A stretch of DNA of 64,000 nt from Squalus acanthias (Eukaryota): positions 77,438,001 to 77,502,000 of the forward strand of contig CM059438.1 of the NCBI GenBank assembly GCA_030390025.1, given 5' to 3'. Every line of letters starts with the position of its first letter. Position 1 is the stretch's first letter. A program made the translations under genes and the position numbers. The notes under the pieces were generated by a model. That model was not told the origin of the DNA. It did not search any database and worked only from the letters and a program-made list of their open reading frames with translations. Of the stretch, positions 38,701-53,700 are shown piece after piece.

Positions 38701-41700
38701 GAATATCTGTCAGAGCTTTGATATTTGAAAGACTGCTGTACTAGGTTTTGCAATACAATGGCAAAAGGTAGTTTTATTGGCAATACAGGGGAAATTTGTC
38801 AATAAATGTTCGAATTGCTGACAGAAAATAGCTGCTGTGCGAAGTTTTCTGGGAAATTCCGTAACTAGTCAGTATTCCTACATTAGTTGACTAAACTACT
38901 GCGATACAAAACTAGATGGAAATAGCATCCGATATGTTCAAACAGACAAGAATAACAATTTATGCAGTGGCGAAAGCTAGTCAACAAAATAATGATCTTC
39001 GTTCATTCAACCCGCATGTACAAACAGAACATCATCCATACACAGGAAATTACAGTGCAATGCCCATTTAAGTATGCCACACTGTTGCAGCAGTTAATGC
39101 TTGTCACGTAATCTACCTCCGCCCATACTGTGTTGAAGGCCTTATTCAAGATTTGTACTCCAGTTCTTCTTTTCTCCAGCTGTCAGCAACAGTTTCAATG
39201 CACAGTAGAAAATATACGTTTCGTCAAACTTACTGGTGACACGATCTTTATGCTGCTTAAATAGAATATCATAGTAGTTTAAATTAACCATTGAAAGTAT
39301 TTTTCGCAGCTCTTGTAAAGTCTTTCACTCTTCTGGGTGTTTTTTCAGTTCAGTGATCAGCATTAAAATCATTGAGTAGCATCAGTAGAATTTCACAGCA
39401 CAGAAGGCCGTCATTTGGCTCATTGTGCCAGTGCTGGCTCTCCGAAAGAGCTATCCACTCAGTCCCATCGCCCTACCCTTTCGCCAGACCCTTAAGTTTT
39501 ATTTTTCAAATGTGAATCCACTACCTTTTTAAAAGCTGATATGCTTTAAAAAAATCCTAAACTCTCCCTTCGTCCTCTTGGTGATCATTTTTAACTATGT
39601 TCTCTAGCTATCAACTAACTTGCTGGGTAGAAATCGTTTTTCCAAATTTACATATCAAAACCCCTTAAAATTTTGAACACTTCTACCAGATTTCCTCTTT
39701 ATCTTATTTGTTCTAAAGAGAACAGCCCAGTTTCTCTAGTCTCTCCATCGCTAAAACTTCTCATTCCTGATGATATCGTAGTGAATCTCTTCTGCACCCT
39801 CTTTGTAAGGTATCCCAATACTGGCCTTAACAACTGATTTATATAAGTTTAGCATTGCCTCTTTTTTTACTTTTGTACTCTGTACCCCTTATTATAAAGG
39901 TTAGGAGAAGTATGAAGTTATCCACTTTGGTAGGAAAAATAGAAAAGTAGAATATTTTTTGAATGGTGAGAGACTGGGAAATGTTGGTATTCGGAGGGAC
40001 CTGGGTGTCCTTGTACACGAATCACAGAAGTTAACATGCAGGTACAGCAAGCAATTAGGAAAGCAAATGGAATGTTGGCCTTTATTAGAAAAGGATTGGA
40101 ATGTAAGAGTAAAGAAGTCTTACTACAATTATATAGGGCTTTGGTGAGACCACACCTGGAGTACTGTGTACAGTTTTGGTCTCCTTACCTAAGGAAGGAT
40201 ATATTTGCCTTGGAGGGAGTGCAACGAAGGTTCACTAGACTGATTCCTGGGATGAGGGGGGTTGTCCTATGAGGAGAGATTGAGTAGACTAGGCCTATAT
40301 TCCCTAGAGTTTAGAAGAATGAGAGGTGATCTCATTAAAATTCTTAAGGGGCTTGACTGGGCAGATGCTGGGAGGAGGTTTCCCCTGGCTGGGGAGTCTA
40401 GAACTAGGGGTCACAGTTTCAGAATAAGGGACTAGCCGTTTAGGACTGAGATGAGGAGAAATTTCTTAAAGGGTTGTGGATCTTTTGAATTCTCTACCCC
40501 AGAGAGCTGTGGATGCTCAGTTGTTGAGTACATTCAAGACCGAGATAGATAGATTTTTGGATACCGAGAGATATGGGAATAGTGCAAGAAGGTAGAGTTG
40601 AGGTAGAAGATCAGCCATGACGTTATTGAATGGGGAGCAGGCTCGACAGGCCAAATGGCCTACTCTGGCTCCTATTTCTTATGTTCTTATGATCCCATAT
40701 GCTTTTTTATTATCTTTATCAACTTTTAAAGATTTGTGTACTTAACTGCTAATCCCTTTGTTACTTGTCGGTCTTTCTTTATACCTTCTTATTACCCGAA
40801 GTCTCTGTGGTCCTATACACCATTTAAAGTTTTTGCCATTTAGTGTATATAATCTCTTATTTTTCCAAAATGTATCACCTCACATTTCTGCACATTAAAT
40901 GTCATCTATTCGCACAATCTACTAACCTGGCCATGCTGTCCTGAAATAGCTTGCAGTCCCCTTCACAGTTAACCATGCTCCCTATTTTAATGTTGTCTCC
41001 AAATTTTGATGATATCCCCCCACCCCTCCATACCCAAGTCCAGATTATTTTGCTATATGTATTAGGAAGAACAATGGTCCAAACACTGACCCTTGAGGAA
41101 TACCACTATTTGGTTACACCTCTCAAATCCAAAAAGCATTTATTAACCACTTCTGTATCTCTTCTGTTCTTTAATTTGATTTGGTATTGTAAAAATTGAG
41201 TCCTTGATACTGACTCATTGTTGCTGTTTATCATCATTAATTAATCATAGTTGCTCATTTTCATTATTGTACTTTATTTGTGTGGGAAGGTTAAACAAAT
41301 GAAGAATGCTAGATTGATTTATTGTTGCCTTTTTCAAAGTTTGCATGTTGTCTACGCAAAAAGTTCCCTTCCTACCTACTGCACTTTTTTTTTCTCTCTC
41401 ACCTTGGGACTTATTTATGTGTACTTTCCTGAAGGTGTCTCTTCTACACCTGCCTCCTTCAAGAGAATTGACTTGTAAGCTTAGAATGGAGTATTGTGTA
41501 CAGTATGGACTGGGGGAGATGAAATGAGTCATATAATTACTGCAGGAGCATTTTCAAGTTGTACCACGCTTTGATTTTCTCTTCTCTCACCCCACCCCCT
41601 TTGTATAATAGTCTATTAACTTCCATGTGGAGGTTGAATCATACTGAATGAATAGAGAAAAATCACTGTTAAGGATAGATAATCTAAGATTATCAACATC

Positions 41701-44700
41701 ATGTGTTTTACTATCGCCGTATTAACAAGAGTACTGTCTATTCTCTGAGCGGTAGAGGGTATTATTCCTCCTGTGCTTTAGGAAGAAGGGAGGACCAACA
41801 AAGACATTTGTTATTTCTCATTCCCCAGCAGAAAGACAGGCTTCTGCCAGTGCATGAATTCTCCTCTGAGGCAGAGGTGTAGCTGAAGGTGACTCTCTCA
41901 CCAATTTTCCTCCTTTCTGGAGGTCTCTGATCCCTACTTGTCCTAAATAGGCTGACCAAAATTAGGAATTCACTGTAGGAAACTGGGAACAAATGTGCAT
42001 CCTATCGCTTCATTACACAGCACTTTAGACACTCCAAGCCAATGGACCACATATTGGGTTTTATTGAAAACAGTACATAATTGATGGGGTTGAAATAGCT
42101 AAATATGATGGCATTGAAAATGTAATAAAATTATTAATGAAATATGAAGAAAAATGCCATGTTTTCAGCTTGAAAGAATTAGATTGAAGATTCAAAACTC
42201 ACTTTTCACAATACAATAAGCAGTTTACTTCTTGGTACAGAAAGCTAATATTTTTGAAAAATGATTTTGCAGACAAACAAAGAGAAAATGAGAAACTAAA
42301 GGAATCTCTTTCAAAGAAGACTGCCACCAATGAACGCCTGCGTAATGAGTGTGAGCGTGTAAAGAGGGAAAGTAGTCGACTGCAAACTAAAGTTAATAAT
42401 GGTCATGAAGAAAACAGAAGGCTAAAAGATGAGTTGCACTGCAGTCGTGATGAAATAAACAGGTAATGGTTACAGTCTGTGGTAATGTATTAAGTATATA
42501 TGTTTTTAAAGAAATCATAATTTAAATTTTGTTGAGGGGGTGAAAGGGGAGAATTTAAACCAATAACCTACAGAATCAATCCTGTTGCACTATTGAAAGT
42601 TGCCCAGATTTGTGGGTGGCTGATTAATTTTTGTCTTGGAATTACACTTTGCTTATTTCAGGGTTACTCTATCAGCTCTCTGGATTCATATTTTGGGATC
42701 TTGAATAAGCTCCCGATAGCGAGAACCAAATTTAAGAGGAAGATGTAAAGGAGTATGTGGTATGAAGAATTTATTTGAATAATTTTGAAATAAACCAACT
42801 TGGCTTTTATTACAGGCTGCAGCGAGAGCTTAGCTTACAGCATCAGCTATTCACAGAGAACCAGCAGCTATTGCAATCATTACGAGTGGAACTTCGAGTA
42901 TATGAGCAACTCAAGGAAAGAAAAACAGGTATTAATGCAGTTAATACTGCAAATTAAATATCCCCCCCACCCTTTCAATTTAGGAACTTAAGTTTTTTAA
43001 TGAATGTTTGATGAAAAGCACTGTGGTCAGTGTTCAAGCCTGGCTAATGGTGACAACCCAGCCTGTACACTGTACCCTACACTAGAAAGTTTGAAAAACT
43101 GAGATTCCCTTGTGTTTATATATAATCTACATAATTTCCTTTGACTGTGACAGGAGGACTCCGATCAGTGTTGTATGCGTTTTTAACAAGATCAACATTT
43201 CAGACCAGGATCCTTCAAGTTCAGTTTCTATGGCATTTTTCCCATGTGAGAATAGGCTTAAAGAAATATTCTAGGACAGACATTTGATGCAAATGGCATT
43301 GTAGTGCTATGTGAAAAACACCTTCCATTAAATTGAAAAGAAATAGTGTTTCAGTTAGATTATTTGGCTAGTATTTTGATCAGGACTACTTCACTTTTTC
43401 CTGAGGCTGAGGTATTGGAAAAATAATGTTCTCCACTGAGCAAAGACCTAGCACCAACACTTTGTGTTTTGACACCTATCCTTGCAAATAGCACTAAAAT
43501 TGTACTCTGAGCTGGGGGTTAACCACTCCATAAGACTGGAATAAAAAGGTTTCATCGAGCATTACTCTGCAGCTCAATTAAATCAAATTACTATGTAAGA
43601 AGTGGTTTAAATTAAATCTTTTACATGTCTATTCAGTTAATTTTATTTTAATTTTACTAGCAATATATTTGCTTTAGAGGTGTTTGGCTTAATGTCTGAT
43701 CATTATTAACCAGCATGAGGTGATTTGATGGAGTTGGAACTGCAAAAGAAAATAGTTCTGACCAATTTTTTTTCTTTATTGCAAAAATCTTGGAAGAGCT
43801 GTTAAAATGTTTGTGTGTGTGTGAATGTTACTTAAACTCCAAAATCTATTACTAGCTTGGAATTCACTCCAGTGTGCTTTATAATCAAAGCATAACTACC
43901 TGTTTCCTTTTTTTTCCTGAGTGGCTGGACTGTGCAGTTTTTTTGTTGGTCTGTAGGCCTGGAATATTAAAAAGTGACAGACTGCAAGCTCCCTCTTGTG
44001 TATAATTAGACTGGAATCTATATTGGAATTTACTTTACCGGATGAAGTGAGGGATTACCAAAGTTACTGCATGTAAAAGTTACAGATTAAATTAAAGTTG
44101 ACATTTACTTATTGATCTTGTCCAATCTGGCCAAATATGATTAAATCTAACTACATCAGGATAAGAGCCTGTGGAGGAGAAAGATTGTTTGTGTTGAAGG
44201 GCGTCTTGTATGTTGAGAGGAGAAACTGAAACAATGCTGGTGTACTGTCTGCAATTTTTTTGCATATACAAGTGAGAGGGCTTAAAGTATTCAGACTGCA
44301 AAGGATAGCTTTTGACTTTTATGTAAAATTGCAATAGCCATTACAACAGCCTTGTTTCCCAATCCTGCAGAGCCTGCACGACAGATGAGCCATGGGTCAG
44401 TGAAACATTTTCAGGGATCTATTGATTTGAATGAACTCTTGACAGAGATCCGCTGCCTACGGATTCAGTTAGAGAGAAGCATTCAGACCAACACTGCTTT
44501 ACGTCAGAAGCTTGAAGAACAGCTTCAAAAAGGACAATTGAGAAATGAAGGCAGTCCTTCCACTATTAATATAAACTATCTCTTGGCAAGAGAGCAGAGG
44601 CGTACTGGGAACAGACGTTTGTATCAAGGTAAAGAATTTGACTAAATTTCCTTGTGTCAGAAGACATGTATGTAAAGAAATCTTTGATCGTTTCATGCAT

Positions 44701-47700
44701 TGTATCTCATGAGCAATCAAGTTGCGACTTGGGTCAGCAGTACAGATGGGATACAAGTTGTATTAAATAAGTAGTCATGATGTTCCATTTATGGTATTAA
44801 AAAATTGGGTGAAGTAGTTTAAAACATTCATTTAATTATTTTTTTTTTATTTGCACTTGAACTGTGGCTGACACAAGGCAGCATTTATTGTCTGACGTTA
44901 TTTGGCCTCCGCACATTGAGAGTCAACCACGCAGTGTGGGACTGGATTTATGTTTCGGCCAGACTGTGTGGGGGTGGAGAGCTTCCCCTCCCTGAAGGAC
45001 ATTAGTGACCCAGTTGGGTTTTTATGACAAAATTACTGTGTTTATGGTCATTTTCTGGCACCGGCCCACAATTACAAGATTTATTGAATTCAGTTTTACA
45101 ACTTGCCATGGTGTGATTTTGAACTCGCAACCTCTGCGATGCTTGTCCAGTACCAAAATCACTAACCTACCATACCCTTAACCTTGCAGATTGGTCTGAG
45201 TTTAGCTTGCGACAGTGTAAGTGCTAATTAACCTGTTGCTGTGTGACGTGGGTTTAAAATGTTCAGTGTCTGAGTATCCTCTTCAAATGAATTTTCAAAC
45301 AAAAGTAGTTCAGTAATTAGAAACATTGTTACGCTTCTTCAATTAAACTTGAAAAATATTTCCTTGTACATGACAATTTAAATAACACACAACTTATTTT
45401 CTTCGTACTTTATCTCTTTTCAAATCGGTTGCGTTTGTTTCTCTGAATTTAAAATATGTTCTGGTTGAGTTTGAATATTTGAATGATCAAGTTTGTCAGC
45501 TTCAGCTGAAAACTATTTTTGTATTTCAAATTTGTTAAACTCCATTTCTACCCATGTGTTTACCATTTAATTGCTTGCACAGAATGATGCAATAAAATCT
45601 TTATAAACAGTATTATACATTGTGCATAAATAAGTGTCTAGTCCTTTAGATTGCTACAGTGATATTCCTTCATGCTATAATTGTACTTTTGTACTAATGT
45701 TTGACAGACTCTGAAGCTGATGCGTCTGTTTCTGCTGAGGATGGAAAAGAGAATTTCCAGTCTCGTGGATTTCCAACACCACCAAAATCTGCTAACATTC
45801 CTGCAGATGTCAATGTTGCCGACGGATCGATGTTCAGAATTCCAGGTCTGTAACATGTATGAGCGGTGATCTGTAACTTTCATAGAGTAAGAGATGCCGG
45901 GGATGAAACTGTGAAAAGAACTTCCTTTAACACAGCCAGCGAACAGAATTCGGGGTAGTAGTGCAACATGCATACTTGTGGCCATGGTTTAATTTATTTC
46001 AAATTAAACCAATATGTAAGGGCTCACTCCAAACTGCTCAGCGAATCCAGCATACTATGTATTGCATGAGAGCAATTTTAGTTCTGTGTGGCTTTCTAAA
46101 TTAATGTCAGTCATGTTTCCCAATAGTCACCTATCACTTTTGGCTTCAGACTGACTGACGTTCATTTGCTTAGGACAAATGCAAAGAACTGCACATGTCA
46201 TTGACAGAAAAAAAACATTCTATAGAGGAATTAAATTATTTAGTGTTTTCTTTAGTTTAAATTTGTGTAATTAAACTGTTGTCTCCAGTTTATGAATACT
46301 GAAGCCACGGCCATTTATATACTTGATGGCCTTTTTTCAAAAAAAAATTGCTTGTCATTATGCCAAGAGCTAGTTGGATAAAATTGTCTGAAACTATTTA
46401 TTTGGGGTAGAATTTTCTTTTCTCTTCCCATCCCTTGCTTTCCACAAAAACTAATTCTCCACATGGATAGAGGGTGTAGATCAGGAGGAGGGAGAACAAT
46501 GGAATTCTGTATGAAGCTGAAGTTAATCATAGTTGACTTTTTAATTGTCAACAGGTGGGTAAGGCCCAGTGAATTTAGTAATGCATGGGGGTTTGAGTTT
46601 TTCCATTGAGTAGAGTTTTGTTTACCTGTGTGCATACTTTTCTCTGAAATTATTTTTTATATATATAATATATATTTGAATCTGTAACCTTTAACCTTCA
46701 TCCATCTTAGGAATCAAAGCACTGCCAAGAGACGAGTTTGACAGCTCCTCACATTACAGCGACAGTTCAGTGGAGAATCTATCGCACAAACCTTCCAGAT
46801 TCGTACCAGCGCACCGGATGTGGGCGGACAAAAATGGGCAACATGTGCTTGGGCTACTAGAAGATTACAACGCGCTGTGCAAGCAAATCTCCGAGGGCCG
46901 GTTGCTGCTCCATGGAATGGATACGCGTCTTGGAGATGTTGCTGCTCGTCAGACTACTGGCGCAAAGGTAAAGCTTGTTTTTTACGGTTTAGTAATTTAG
47001 CAGTACACATTCGTGCATTTCAGGATAACTGGTTGAACTCCAGTTACAGCCAGATGACCATCAGAATTTGTGTGTGGAAGCCTGTGCTCTGCAGCTCCAT
47101 AGTACTAATAACCTTTGAGAGGTTGAAGACTAGGACAAATTTTGTCTGATAACACTCCTGTGATGTGTCTTGGGATGTTTTAGTACTTTAAAGGTGCTAT
47201 ATAAATGCAAGTTGTTGTTTTTGAAAATATTATGGAGTGACACAATACAAATTTTATTGGCTGTTTCTTGTCCCTCTATTATTTTCACTTGTTTAATTCA
47301 TCATCCTACAAATGCCAGAGTATGCTAGTTTGAATTTAATGAAGAAAATAACATCGGAATCGGCTATTTTAATGCTATTTGCAACCTATTGCACAACTTA
47401 AAAGCAAGCCGTTTCACCATTTGTATTGAAGAGTTTGAACTCGCAAATCACCAGACTCTAAGTCAAGGATTTATATTAATTTGTGTTCCTTGTGATTTTT
47501 GGTATTGAAGAAATATGCAGAAAACAAGCTGTCACTTCAGTCATGCCACTGCATACTGATATCACTAATATTATGGTTTCATTCTAATATCACCACTGCC
47601 CAAAATTACTCTGGAACAATCAACAGGAAATTTTGATGGCAATAAAAACTGATTTTCCCGTGGGACTTCCGTTGGTTTAGAAATGCATGCGTTTTTAATT

Positions 47701-50700
47701 ACTTTTTAATTTGTTACTTAAAAAAATATAAAATACTTTAGAATGCTCATTGTGGTAAAAATGTCCAGAGCTAGATTTCTCAGCCAAGTGTTCTCTTTCC
47801 CCTGTCCACGTCCCACATCTCCCTACAGTATGCACTTTTCCTGGCCAAGAGAACCTGCTTCTATATCTTCAGTAATACCATTTTGTATCTGGTTGCCAGG
47901 AGCTGTATGAAATGGCACGAAGTGACTGTGTTCCACCTCCAGTCTCTTTCCGCCCCCTCACCCCACCCAAATTATTATTTTTTTTTTCACTTCCCTGACT
48001 TGTAGGGAAGTCTTGACTTTTGCCTGGTACTTCACATAGCAGTGTGGCTGGAATTGCAAAAATCACTTTGTTGAAGTGGTGCTCACAACCTTGTACCTTG
48101 CCATGCCCTTTTACATTGTGCTGGAACATGCTTCTCCACCGTGTACCCCCAGGAAAGATGTACGCTTGCCTTTTTCATGACTGCTGCTTGGAATTTGTTT
48201 TTGTTTTTTAAGTTGAGTCTAATTCACTTGTCTCTTTTTCTGCTCCAGGAATCAGGTTCACCTTTCTTAAAGGACTTGTCTTCAAATGTAAACCTCGTGC
48301 AACAAATGCTTGAGGAAGCAGGACGCTTGCTAAAACTCTTCTGGAGGGTATCTTTTCCCATTCCTGCTGCCAGCGCTAGTAGTCAGCATCGACAGGTACC
48401 AAGAGCACAGTTATCAGATTGCAACATTGTCTTTTTATTTAAACCTTTAGTGCCTGGCCTTGAAACAAATACTATTTACAACATAGGGTTGTTTTGTTTT
48501 GGTACTGTAATATATTGAATTTCTGACTGTAAGAACGTAAAACAAGAATTCGGAGCAGGAGTAGGCCATATGGCCCTTCGAGCCTGCTCCACCATTCAGT
48601 AAGATCATGGCTGATCTTCTACCCCCAGCTCCACTTTCCTGCCCGATCCCCATATCCCTTGATTCCCCTAGAGTCCAAAAATCTATCTATCGCAGCCTTG
48701 AATATACTCAACGACTCAGCATCCACAGCCCTTTGGGGTAGAGAATTCCAAAGATTCACAACCCTCGGAGTGAAGAAATTCCTCCTCATCTCCGTCCTAA
48801 ATGGCTGACCCCTTATCCTGAGACTATGCCCCCTAGTTCTAGACTCTCCAGCCAGTGGAAACAACACCTCCACATCTACCCTGTCAATCCCCCTCAGAAT
48901 CTTATGTTTCAATGAGATCACCTCTCATTCTTCTAAACTCCAGAGAGTATTGGCTCAATCTCTCCTCATAGTCCAACCCTCTCATCCCAGGGATCAATGT
49001 AGTGAGCCTTTGTTGCACCGCCTCTAAGGCATGTATGAAAGCTAGCAAACATGGTTCAGCGGGGTTGTAAAGGAAGTCCTATACTGAAAGCATTATGTCT
49101 GGGGTTTTTTAAGTGCCTGATGATTTGGCGATAAATGGTTTGGTACTGAGCCATGTGGACCATGAAGATAGCAAGTTTTGATCCCAAATTATTGCTGGGT
49201 AAGCTGAACTCTGCCAGGCAATACTGGGATCAGTACAATTTATCTGTTTCATAGAATCAGGCAGCACAGAAAGAGGCCATTCGGCCCATCGTGTCTGTAC
49301 GAACTCTTTGAAAGAGCTAACCAATTAGCCCTGCACCTGTACTCTTTCGCCATAGCCAAGAATATATCTAGTTCCCTTTTGAATTCCTGAATGTTTCCCT
49401 ATACTAGGGGGGGGAAAATCATCAATGTTGTTGATCATTTCCAATTTCTCCCATCTTGAACTGTAAGGTGATTGTGGTAGAAGGCAAGATTGAGCTCGGC
49501 TATGATGTTACCTCCAGTTGACTAGCCTGCTGACTCACCCGGTCTAGCTTCACACATGAAAAATAACCAATTGTATAATCTACAGGGGCTGTTGGTGCCA
49601 GTGGAACCCTATCTCAACACAATGATTTACCTTCAGGAGGATGTGGGGTGGCGCGAATATGTGCGGCTAACTTCTCTCAAAGTTCTATTCCACTATCGTC
49701 CACTCCTTGATAACAAGCTAATGGAGATAACAAGAATGACACATGCGCACTAACACATCTTTTTCCCCTTTAGGAAAAAACTGTGAAGGATGAAATCTAT
49801 CGGCTGCGCAAGAAATTGACTGAGCAGGAGAAACTCCTACATGGCACAGTTAAACGTCTTCGTACGACTAACCAGCTTAAGGAGGGCATGGAGAAAGTCA
49901 TCATTGACCAACGTTAGTAACTGACCAAGACTAAATCACTCATCTATACAAGCTGCTTTGTAGTCATCTGCTTTGCCTACCAACACCAATTTTACGTAGC
50001 TATATTTTTCAAAGTCAGTTTAAATACACAGTAGTATTAATCATGTGATGAGTAATCATAATGCAGGCACATCAGTAATCACATCTGTCTTTTATTTCTG
50101 TCTCTTGATCAAGCTGTTTCCAGAGCATCACTTTTATTCTCTCCGCCTACCATCTTCACCTTTTTCACTTGCTAATATTTTTCCCACATCATATTTCACC
50201 TCCCTCTACACATTGTTCATTATTTTTACTAAAATAAATAATTTCCCCACCCAGGTTTCTTGCCTTCTCAACAAGAAATGTGGGAAACCTCTGCCCTTTT
50301 TATGTAGGAGTCGGCCATCGAGTTTATTCCATCATTCGGTATCCATCGCTATCTGCATTGTCCCACTCTGACGTTGCACATTGATGTGTCACCCTGCTAA
50401 TGCTGCTAACCTGCCTGAAGCTATAGTTGTCATCAGAATATTGCATCATTTAAATATATTTGTAGTTAATTGTTAATGAAAATTTTCTATTCCTCTTAAA
50501 GTGTCTTTAACCCATGATGTTTTGAAGAAAGCTAGAGGAAATCTGGAGGTGAGTAGAGCATCCAAATACACGCTGATACAAGATGATTAAAATTGTGATA
50601 ACAGTTGCACTGAGTTTGGCAGTAATATAATTTATAAAAATAATCCCACTGGTTCTTTTTATTTCTAAGTTCTGATAAATCTCTTCTTTTCTCCCTTTTC

Positions 50701-53700
50701 AAATTTAAGTTAACTTTATCTACTAATTTGCAGTATTGTGTACAAATTTGGCCACTCCATTAGAGGAAGGATATATAAACAATGGAAAAGACACTGGGTA
50801 GATTCAGTAAGATGTTGCCAGGAATGCAGGTTTACAGTTATGAAGCGATACTTGAGAAGTTAAGGAGTGACCTGCCAGAAGTCTTCAAGATTAAGTTATG
50901 AATAGCGATAGATTGTTTCCAGTAGTCGACCAGACTGTACCAGGAGGGCACAAATTTAAGATAATCACACACAAAAAAATGTACACACGGTGGTTAGAAT
51001 GTGGAATTCACTGACACACATCATTGTTGAAGCACAAGTTTTTTTTAATGGGGAATTAGTTGCTTGAAAAAGAGAAATATTGATGAGTAGGGAGAGCAAA
51101 CAGAAGAGTAGGATTAGATCAGGTAGCTCATATGGAGAAAAATACCAGCACAGATTTGATGGAACATAGGCACAGGAGTAGGCCATTGAGCCCCTCGAGC
51201 CTGTTCCACCATTCAGTGAGATCATGGCTGATCTGCGACCTAATTCAAAAAAACGCCTCTAGCCCATATCCCTTAATACCTTTGGTGAACAAAAATCTGT
51301 CAATCTCCGATTTAAAATTAACAATTGATCTAGCATCAATTGCTGTTTGCGGAAGAGAGTTCCAAACTTCTACCACCCTTTGTATGTAGAAGTGTTTCCT
51401 AATTTCATTCCTGAAAGGTTTGGCTCTAACTTTTAGACTAGGCCCCCTAGTCCTAGAATCCCCAATCAGCGGAAATAGTTTCTCTTATCTACCCTATCTG
51501 GGCATATCATTGGCAAATGAAGTTCAACACCGATAAATGTGAGATTACATTTTGGTAGGAAGAATAGGGAAGTCACTTATCACTTGGAGGGTGCGAGTCT
51601 AGGTGGGGTAGAGGAACAAAGGAATCTCTGAGTACAAATACACAAATCAGTAAAAGTTGCGACACAGGTTAACAAGGCCATTTATTTTTAAAAAGCAAAC
51701 CAAGCACTAGGGTTTATTTCCAGGGGTATAGAATTGAAAAGTAGGGAAGTTATGTTAAACCTGTATCGAACCTTGGTTAAAAGTGAGAAGTCGCACAACA
51801 CCAGGTTATAGTCCAACAGCTTTATTTGAAATCACAAGCTTTCGGAGCGCTGCTCCTTCGTCAGGTGAAGTGAACCTTGGTTAGACCACACTTGGAGTAC
51901 TGCGTACAGTTCTGGTCACCATACTATAAAAAGGATATAGAGGGTGCAGAGAAGATTTACAAGGATGATACCAGAAATCCGAGGATATACATATCAGGAA
52001 AGGATGAACAGGCTGGGTCTCTTTTCTCTTTTTGAAAAAAGAAGGCTGAGGGGTGACCTAATAGAAGTCTTTAAAATTCTGAAAAATTTTGATAGCGTGG
52101 ATACAGAGGGAATGTTTCCACTTGTGGGGAAGAGCATAACTAGAGGCCATCAATATAAGATAGTCACCAAGAAATCCAGTAGGGAATTTAGTAGAAACTT
52201 CTTTACCCAAAGAGTGGTGAGAATATGGAACTCGCTACCACAGGGAGTGGTTGAAGCGAATAGTATAGATACATTTAAGGGGAGGCTAGACAAGCATATG
52301 AGGGAAAAGAGAATAGCGGGTTATGCTGATAGATTTAGATGAGAAAAGATGGGAGGAGACTTGTGTGGAGCATAAACGCCAGCATGGACTGGTTGGGCCG
52401 AATGGCCTGTTTCTGTGCCATATATCCTATGTAATCTTATCTGTTCCCCTTAATATCTTGAAAACTTCGATCAGATCACCCCTTAACCTTCTAAATTCTG
52501 GGGAATACAACCCTAATTTGTGTTATCTCTCATCGTAACTTAACCCTTGAAGTCCGGGTATCATTCTGGTAAACTTACGCTGCACTCCCTCCAAGGCCAA
52601 TATATCCTTCCTAAGGTGTGGTGCCCAGAACTGCTCACAGTACTCCAGGTGTGGTCTAACCAGGGTTTTGTATAGATGGAGCATAACCCCTACCCTCTTG
52701 TATTCTAGTCCTCTAGATATAAAGGCCAGCATCCCATTAGCCTTTTTGATTATTTTCTGTACCTGTTCATGACATTTTAATGATTTATGTACCTGGACCC
52801 CCAAGTCTCTTTGGACCTCCATGATGTGACTCTGCATACCATCACCCCCGCCTCCCCCATCAACCACGCATTGTCCTGAGAGTATAATAACCCTACACAC
52901 TTAAACACTAAAATAGATGTGAACATAGCTGGTCACCCTGTCTTCCTATTTTTGTTCTGTCTCTCCGTTCATTCACTTATGTTTGTATTATTTACATGTC
53001 CCTTTCATCTAGTTTTTGATGCACTCTCCCTAATCTATAGTTATCATTTTTTTTTTAAACTGCTAGCATTTTTTATTATGTATCTTTGGGATCCCACCAG
53101 AGGTAGCACCAACATTGGAAAGATTGGCTCCAGGGGCTGTTTTTTTTTAATCCAGTTGTGTGTCAGAAGTCTGGCATGGTCTTGCCCACAGATTGGGATG
53201 AATCTTTTGATGCCTTTTCCCTCATTAAATCAGTACCAGTTGTTTCAGAGCCAGATATCTGATTTGCAGGGCCAGCAGACCAGATAATTCATCCGTTCTT
53301 TCCTTGTGTGAATTTTGACACCAGGCACTCAGACTGTGAAGAACGTGTAGCATATGATCAGAAAAGTAAGAGTGTTGTGAAGATGCACTGTCTTGCCCTT
53401 TGTTTGAAGCATACCACGCTCTGCAATTGATTTGCAAGTGCAAGCTGAAAAGACTTGAACAAGGAACTAGAGGTTATGTAATGTAAAATCATTTTCTTAC
53501 CTCAAGCTGATGCCTCTATCCTGACGAGGTGACCTTCAGCTTAGCCCAGTGAATCACGCTAGCATCTGTTCACAAATGATGAGCTTTCCTACATATGTAA
53601 CTGGCGAAGTGCCAGTTTGGCTCAGTGGGTAACATTGTCAGCTCTGAGTGAGGTTGTAGATTTCAACCCCACTCCAGTGCTTGATCACATTATCTAGCTT

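Noticed and set aside
41435-41475. Extra small exon before a gtaagc donor
   Set aside because: About 40 nt with mismatched phases, which would break the frame between exons that already join correctly.
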